Source of the DNA: a virus
Taxonomy: Duplodnaviria > Caudoviricetes
Length of the DNA stretch: 30,155 bases
Virus record (IMG/VR): IMGVR_UViG_3300012665_000215
Location: 1-30,155 of that record
Strand: one strand, 5' to 3'
Below, in pieces: positions 24,567 through 30,155 of this stretch (position 1 is the first letter of the stretch; each line of letters begins with the position of its first letter). The notes below the pieces were generated by a model. That model was given only the letters and a program-made list of their open reading frames with translations. It made no database searches and was not told where the DNA came from. The position numbers and the translations under genes are program-made.

Positions 24567-25553
24567 CACAATTCTTCCGTCTTTTATCATAATGTTATTA
24601 ACATTTGTTTTACCATCTGTAATATCTACTATCGCATATCCATTGTTATGTTGCGCAAAAGGATAGTACTTAGGCGATAACTGGGTTAAGCAACCTGTGC
24701 TATACGTATGAAAGAACTGCTTAAATCCGTTCTTCTTTGTAGTACTAGTAGTTCTATGAACGTGACCAATAAGTGTATTACAAAAAGTCTTGTTAAATGT
24801 GCTTTGGCTTGGATTCATTCCACCAGCCATAAGCTCGTGTCCATGAAGTATAAGCAAATCAGCTAATTCTATCCCTTGCCAATCAGGCACATAAATCATA
24901 TTAAGCTTATCTAGCCTAAAAAATTGCTCGAACTGCATCTCGTGTAGTTGCGCAAACTCTTCAGCTTGCTCGTTTAAATACCTTTGCCACCTGTTTTCGT
25001 GGTTACCCATCTTATAATAGATAGGAATCAATGGAAATAAATCTCTAATCTTTTGCAAGAAGTTGCGCCCCATCTCTATTTCTCTTGGGAAGTCACGCAA
25101 ATCTTTCTCCTTTTCGTGTCGACTTATTGCGTAAAAATCCATTATATCCCCATTCAAAATAAGGCAATCTATATTAGATTCTCTTAGGTGCTTAATTGCG
25201 CATATAATTGCGCTCATTGAATGATAAGGTACATGGATGTCGGATAGTACTCCAACCTTTTTAAAGTCCTCTGTAATGCGAAGGCTAGTGTATTCTTTAC
25301 CTAAGCTATCTTCTATGCCGAAATTATCTAGCTCATCTACATCAAAAGATTCTATTATAGCTTGCGGTCTTGTTTTCTTAAAATGTTCGCTTCGTTTTAT
25401 GACACTAATGTCGTATTTAGACATTTGACCGTGAAATACTTTCTGAGATGAAAAGCCATATGTTTGCCAGTTTTCACGCTCAAAGTCTACTCTTGTTAAA
25501 TTAGTTGAGTAAAAATGCTCTTTGATTGCTTGCCACTTCTTATTTAATTGCAT
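24564..25553 (-). CDS. Calcineurin-like metallophosphoesterase
   Basis: SDIH, NGDIMD, GNHE, HGH and GHVH motifs. Confidence 0.92.
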   Translation of the reverse strand: MQLNKKWQAIKEHFYSTNLTRVDFERENWQTYGFSSQKVFHGQMSKYDISVIKRSEHFKKTRPQAIIESFDVDELDNFGIEDSLGKEYTSLRITEDFKKVGVLSDIHVPYHSMSAIICAIKHLRESNIDCLILNGDIMDFYAISRHEKEKDLRDFPREIEMGRNFLQKIRDLFPLIPIYYKMGNHENRWQRYLNEQAEEFAQLHEMQFEQFFRLDKLNMIYVPDWQGIELADLLILHGHELMAGGMNPSQSTFNKTFCNTLIGHVHRTTSTTKKNGFKQFFHTYSTGCLTQLSPKYYPFAQHNNGYAIVDITDGKTNVNNIMIKDGRIV

Positions 25554-25998
25554 TCAGTCCAAATTTAAGATATAAGTAAGCTACTAAGGCTACAAACTCT
25601 ATAAGCAAAATCCATACTACCCACATAGGAACTCTATATTTTATAACCTCTTTATCTCGGTATTCTATAATTCTACCAAGCGAAGACTTGTAATTATTCT
25701 CTATCTCGGTACGCATTGAATCTAAATCTATTTGGGCTTGTATATTGCCCCCTACCGAACGAATTACAACCTTGCCTTGTGGTAGTATCAATTTGCTATA
25801 AAAATTGCTTAAAACCCCGCTAGAGTCGCAAGGGTTTACGATAGTCATAGTATCGTGAATAGCTCTAAACTTTTCTACTATTTTCACGCTTTGTATAGTA
25901 TCTATTCTAAGCACTTCTTTATACTCAGTAATAGATTTACTAGGCTTGCACGAAAAGAACGCAACACAAGCCAAAAGAATCAGTAATTTTTGCATCAT
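25540..25998 (-). CDS. Probable unimolecular spanin
   Basis: Lipoprotein signal ending FFSC, plus a C-terminal TM (WVVWILLIEFVALVAYLYL); follows the endolysin. Confidence 0.7.
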   Translation of the reverse strand: MMQKLLILLACVAFFSCKPSKSITEYKEVLRIDTIQSVKIVEKFRAIHDTMTIVNPCDSSGVLSNFYSKLILPQGKVVIRSVGGNIQAQIDLDSMRTEIENNYKSSLGRIIEYRDKEVIKYRVPMWVVWILLIEFVALVAYLYLKFGLNAIK

Positions 25999-26453
25999 TA
26001 TGAGAAGTATAGTTTAGATTCAGCCTCTCGTCTACGAGTTAGACCAAGTAGCACCCTACCAGCTGCTTTATTCCACTTCATAAATTCGTCCGCTATTGTA
26101 ACATCTTTCGGATTAGCGTTTACCTTTTTGATTAAGGTAGATTTTTGCAAGTTTCCTACACCTACATTATAAGCGAAAGAAACCAAAGCATCGAATTGAT
26201 TTTGTGAGATGTCATCACGGCAAAAAGAATCAACCGCTTTTTCATAAGAGACAACTAAATGTTTTAATAGTTCTTCAGCTTCTTGTTTTGTAATAGCTGG
26301 GTCACTTAACTTAACTTTTTTACCGTTCGTATAATACGTGTTGCCGTATCCAATCGTATTTATACCCCCAGCGCAAACATAAGGAGTGAGCTTCAAGCCT
26401 TCAAACTGCTTTATTAGCTCTAACCCTTTTTGGCTTAACTTGGTTATTTTCAT
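25998..26453 (-). CDS. Endolysin, GH24 lysozyme
   Basis: FEG...C...TIGYG (E-8aa-C-5aa-T), FDALVSFAYNVG, GLTRRREAE. Confidence 0.93.
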   Translation of the reverse strand: MKITKLSQKGLELIKQFEGLKLTPYVCAGGINTIGYGNTYYTNGKKVKLSDPAITKQEAEELLKHLVVSYEKAVDSFCRDDISQNQFDALVSFAYNVGVGNLQKSTLIKKVNANPKDVTIADEFMKWNKAAGRVLLGLTRRREAESKLYFS

Positions 26454-26727
26454 CGAGTAAGTTGAGTTTTGATTTAAGCGTTGAGTTTTCGCTTTTAAGA
26501 CTATGTACTTCAGCGGTCAAGATGTCAATTTTATCGCTCAATTCTTTTACTTTATCACTCATATCTTGCGCTAGTTCTCTCCAGATTTTAACCGCTTCTT
26601 GTGTATTCGACAACTCCCCACCTTGTATGTCTACATTCTCTTTTTTGCGTGTGCTAAAATAAGTTGCAACTGATGCAATTAAAGCCGTAAGAATATTTGT
26701 AAACCAGTCGGGTAGGGAGTTAAGCAC
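26401..26727 (-). CDS. Holin-like membrane protein
   Basis: One N-terminal TM plus a coiled coil; overlaps the endolysin start. Confidence 0.55.
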   Translation of the reverse strand: MLNSLPDWFTNILTALIASVATYFSTRKKENVDIQGGELSNTQEAVKIWRELAQDMSDKVKELSDKIDILTAEVHSLKSENSTLKSKLNLLDENNQVKPKRVRANKAV

Positions 26728-26729
26728 CG

Positions 26730-26999
26730 TTAATCTTTTTTAAGTTTTTGTAAAATTTGAGCCTTTGCAATGATTGCGAAATTTTCGTTATCCTTTACAA
26801 AGTTTTTAAATGTTTCTTGGTCGCTAGAATCTAAGTCTAAGTTTTCCCCTTTGTTAAGAGCTAAAGCCCACTCCCAAAATTTAAGTGCATCGCCTTTAGA
26901 TTGTTGAACAAGTGAGTTAGCGACAAGCTTACCAGCGTTAGCATTCTCGATGGATTTACCATCTAAATCCAATAAGTTAAAGTTTAAATCTATTTTCAT
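26730..26999 (-). CDS. Hypothetical protein (first gene of the lysis transcript)
   Basis: 89-aa ORF behind a late promoter. Confidence 0.75.
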   Translation of the reverse strand: MKIDLNFNLLDLDGKSIENANAGKLVANSLVQQSKGDALKFWEWALALNKGENLDLDSSDQETFKNFVKDNENFAIIAKAQILQKLKKD

Positions 27000-27019
27000 T
27001 TTTTTGTTGTTTGTTTCAC

Positions 27020-27050
27020 TATAAACGCAATTAGATATTTTTTGTTTCTA
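27020..27050 (-). promoter_or_regulatory. Putative late promoter for the lysis cassette
   Basis: TAGAAACAAAA-N12-CGTTTATA. Confidence 0.7.
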
Positions 27051-27055
27051 ATTAG

Positions 27056-27778
27056 CTAAACACTATACTCCCATTTGTACCCTCCACTTGTTAAATATCT
27101 ACCTTTACAACATTGAGTTATAGCTGAAGGGTTTATTGAATTTTCTATACTAGCCAAACTAATTGAATCGTAAATTTTAATAGTTAAATTATCTAATGAT
27201 TTTTGTATAACCTTTTTTTTGATTTTACTATTTTGAGACATCTTTAATTTAGTTTCAACAGATGCTATTTTACCTAAATTATTTTGTCTATGCTTTTCTT
27301 TAGTAGACTCTAAATGAATACGGTTTTTATTAGCTTCTCCTATTTTTGATTTATGCTCTTCGCTAAACTTTTTACCTAATCCACTTAAGCTAATATTATC
27401 TCGCCATTGCTTAGATAACTTTTTACCTAAATTTGCTTTTTTAGTTTTACTTATTTGCCTAAGCTTTTGTCTAGTTTTTTCCGAAACAATTACCCCGCAA
27501 CCTCCATCTCCTCCATCTGTCAAGTTTACTAAAGAGCCTTGTTTTAAATTCCTTCTACCATAAATAGAAATAAATTCTATCTCCTTTAGTTTGGCTTGTT
27601 CTGGAGTTAATTCATCAAATAAAATTTCTATTTTATAATCAGTTTTATTAACTATTCTATTCCAGTATATATTTCTATTAGTTTTTACTTTAGCTCTTTG
27701 ATAATTACTTGAACTACCAATTCCAATATAAAAAACCTGATTTGTATCTAATCGAATATGTCTATAAACGTATGCCAT
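27056..27778 (-). CDS. Free-standing GIY-YIG-like homing endonuclease with NUMOD3/NUMOD1-type repeats
   Basis: YVYRH...FYIGIG...R...E...LVNLTDGGDG, then repeated (L/F)S.E.K.KIS/MS units and a C-terminal YDSISLAS...CCKG...GGYKWEY. AT-rich. Confidence 0.85.
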   Translation of the reverse strand: MAYVYRHIRLDTNQVFYIGIGSSSNYQRAKVKTNRNIYWNRIVNKTDYKIEILFDELTPEQAKLKEIEFISIYGRRNLKQGSLVNLTDGGDGGCGVIVSEKTRQKLRQISKTKKANLGKKLSKQWRDNISLSGLGKKFSEEHKSKIGEANKNRIHLESTKEKHRQNNLGKIASVETKLKMSQNSKIKKKVIQKSLDNLTIKIYDSISLASIENSINPSAITQCCKGRYLTSGGYKWEYSV

Positions 27779-27793
27779 ACGTAAATCTATATA

Positions 27794-28129
27794 CTATATT
27801 TTAGATTCCCAAGGTAAGTTATACGCAATTATTGGGGGATTAAGAAAGTTTTCAATTTGACTATCTAAGTTTGATTCAATAGCCACACAATCTAAAGAGG
27901 ATTCTAGCCAAGATATTACCATAGCTTCAGTAATTTCATTATATGGTGTAAAACTAGCCTCGTGAGGTGCTGCAAGACTTACTGCACCATACGTATCTGC
28001 CGTAAAGTGAATCACATCCTCTTCGTATTGCTTCTGCGCTCTGTAATGAATTACGCTAATTACTTTGTTCATCCCGTCTAAAGAAGGGATAGAGTCTAAT
28101 TGACTAATGAGCCATGTAAAGTTTGCCAT
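27794..28129 (-). CDS. Tail-fibre-associated small protein
   Basis: FTWLISQLD...FTPYNEITEAMVISWL...LPW; directly after the fibre gene. Confidence 0.65.
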   Translation of the reverse strand: MANFTWLISQLDSIPSLDGMNKVISVIHYRAQKQYEEDVIHFTADTYGAVSLAAPHEASFTPYNEITEAMVISWLESSLDCVAIESNLDSQIENFLNPPIIAYNLPWESKI

Positions 28130-28130
28130 A

Positions 28131-30100
28131 TTATTTATTTTTTAATGTATCTAATTCTGTTTTTAAATCCTTAATTGCTTGAACCATTACTGGAACAATT
28201 TTAGAATAATCTACTCCTTGCATTTGTGGCTTATTTTGAAACATACCATCTTTTTTCCCAGTTACAACATAAGGTAAAACTTCTTGTAATTCGTGAGCCA
28301 TAAATCCATAATTACGCTCTTGTTTTTCTTTCCACTTAAAGTCATAAACTTTTATATTTGAAATAAGAGAAAGTCCATTAAACTCTTTTAAATCTTCTTT
28401 TAATCGATAATCAGAACGAGTATTAAAAGCAGAAGCACCGATAGGATAATAACCATCATTATTCCCTAAAACAGACATTTCACTTAATCCATCATCGTGC
28501 TGAATTCTTCTTCTACCGCCTACAGAACCTATTGCAAGTCCACCAGCCGAAACAATATTAACAGTACCATTAACTTGTAATTTTCCAATTCCAGCATCCG
28601 TTGTCGTTCCTATTAATACATTCCCCCCACTAGTAATCCGCATACGTTCGGTATTGTTCGTTAGTAATGCAAAATCTTGTGTACTTGTTGAGCCTATTGA
28701 AACTAAAGATGCTGTTGTATTAAATGTGCCTTTTCTTGCTCCACTTGAAAATAAATCATAAAAACCTCCAGTTGTCCCATCTGTTGTTATGCCATTATAC
28801 CCACTAAATGAACTTGGTGCCGTCGTCCCGATGCCTACGTTGCCACCTGTAGTAATGACCATTCTGTCAGAACTATTTCTAAATACAAGTGAACCTGATA
28901 AATAATCTGATTGAGTACCAAATACCCAAGGTGTGCCTCCGCTACCTGACAATAATCTGTATTGAGCAAAACTTCCTGCTGCAGTTTCTACTAAAGAAAC
29001 TACATCTCCTGAGCCTGTAACGTGTAGCTTTTGGCTTGGCGAAGTCGTTCCTATGCCGACGTTGCCACCGTTTAAAAATGTAACTAAAGGGCTTCCACCG
29101 GTATTATTAATATTTATCGCTGCAGTAGATACACCATAAGAAATGCTCCTTGCGCCACCGCTTGCATTATTTAAAAAACTTAAAACTGAATCACTTCCAC
29201 CGCTAGATATTGTATAAGCGTTTGCCGTAACACTACTCGAAAACGTGGCGTTTTGCGTTCCGGTAGGAATTGTCATTACAGTTGCTCCATTGCCATTAGC
29301 TAAAAGAAAGTCTCTAACTGTTCCGGTTTTGGTAGTTAAAACAGTACCATCATCTGATACGTTATAAAGTCCAGAAACCCCAGCCTCATAACTACCAGCA
29401 CCCCATCTAATTTTTCCGCTAAACGTAGCACTTGTACCGCTTAAAGCTCCGGTAAGTGTGCCACCACTTAAAGGTAGGTAAGAAGCTAACTGAGACGTTA
29501 AGGCAAGCGTTCCAGTAGAAGAAGGCAAAGTAAACGATTGACCAGCTCCATTTGATAAGCCGGCTTGTGCAATAATTGTACTTGTCGCTTGGATAGTACC
29601 TATAACCGTAACGCTACCACTTGCATACAAGGCAGAATTACCCGTGGCAATTATTGAAACTGCGTGATAACTTCCATTTGTATGCGTAATTCTTAAAGCA
29701 TTTGAAGCCGTTGAATTATTTAAATCTATTGTTTGTGCATTTAAATTACCCGTAAGAGTTCCGCCACCTAAAGGTAAATAAGCCGTAGAATCTACAGAGC
29801 CGTCCGCTTTTAAGAATTGCGAAGACGTACCGCCTGAGCGAATGATTTGCCCTACTGTTAAGTTACCTCCAAAAGTTCCGTTTCCAGTTGTACCTATTGT
29901 AAATCTAGAAGTCGAATTTGTTACATCGTAAACGGTAAACGTTCCGTCTGTATTCGAAATAAAATAGTCTGGGTTATTATCTGAATCCGTAAAATATAAT
30001 CTAGGATTTGCTGAGCTAATAGTCAAATCCCCAGTAAATGTTGCACTGGTTCCGTTTAGCGCACCGGTTAAAGTTCCCCCAGCTAAAGCTAGGTAAGTCG
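28131..30100 (-). CDS. Tail fibre, C-terminal part, with Peptidase S74 intramolecular chaperone
   Basis: YLPLxGGTLTG x3, GNV(G/L)IGTT x3, and C-terminal SDYRLKED...YGFMAHELQEVLP...VDYSKIVP. Confidence 0.92.
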
Positions 30101-30155
30101 AAGCCGCGGCGCTGGTAGTTAAATAAGTGCTATTGTCGTAGCTTATTGTCGTTCC
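30101..30155. repeat. Terminal direct repeat (identical to 1-55)
   Basis: Exact 55-nt duplicate. Confidence 0.97.

Noticed and set aside
24071-24575. CRISPR or mini-array interpretation of the repeats
   Set aside because: Only two copies each. The 30-bp repeat is separated by a whole gene and the 11-bp repeat is too short. No cas genes.
24547-24666. Plus-strand 39-aa hydrophobic ORF (MKNNQSYTILPSFIIMLL...) with a good-looking start context
   Set aside because: It lies codon-aligned antisense to the phosphoesterase C-terminus, which explains the hydrophobicity. I see no plus-strand promoter, and the adjacent hairpin folds only on the minus strand. It remains the main alternative explanation for the sRNA seed.
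918-26662. All plus-strand ORFs in the track (e.g. 918-1124, 2580-2807, 12969-13325, 22351-22617)
   Set aside because: They are antisense shadows of well-supported minus-strand genes, with Ser/Leu/Phe-rich composition and no promoter context.
535-27770. Intragenic CGTTTATA copies (about 535, 1864, 12200, 27763)
   Set aside because: They arise from Val-Tyr codons and lack the correctly spaced ACAAAA element.
28131-30100. Diversity-generating retroelement or invertible fibre cassette
   Set aside because: No reverse transcriptase, no template/variable repeat pair and no invertase or inverted crossover sites seen.
30101-30155. Biological terminal repeat
   Set aside because: 55 nt matches a common assembler k-mer and falls mid-gene, so it is best read as a circularisation overlap.

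Overview
The window appears to be a complete, circularly assembled ~30.1 kb tailed-phage genome (siphovirus-like). The first 55 nt equal the last 55 nt, and a ~1050-aa tail fibre ORF reads straight through the junction. It is AT-rich and essentially every gene is on the minus strand. TAnnTTTG promoters and A-rich, Shine-Dalgarno-less start regions point to a Bacteroidota (Flavobacterium-like) host. Reading on the minus strand from ~24.45 kb, the order is: duplicated early promoter/leader cassettes with micro-ORFs; ERF recombinase, SSB-like and small regulators; a replication initiator with an internal origin; a glycosyltransferase pair; RusA, a nuclease and DUF3310; an ECF-type sigma factor; terminase; a frameshifted tail chaperone, tail and tape-measure genes; protease, scaffold, capsid, tail tube, portal and adaptor; tail fibre; a GIY-YIG-like endonuclease; the lysis cassette; and a metallophosphoesterase. 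I found no integrase, CI-type repressor, polymerase, helicase or methyltransferase. The most interesting signals are non-coding: (1) a candidate ~68-nt small RNA (24487-24555) with its own promoter and terminator, antisense to the translation-start regions of six early or replication genes; (2) a two-hairpin kissing-loop/terminator leader on the replication initiator; (3) four late promoters matching an ECF-type consensus; (4) a -1 frameshift with a long dual-coding region; and (5) apparently zero GATC sites alongside excess AGCT. All protein calls come from motif recognition, not from database searches.
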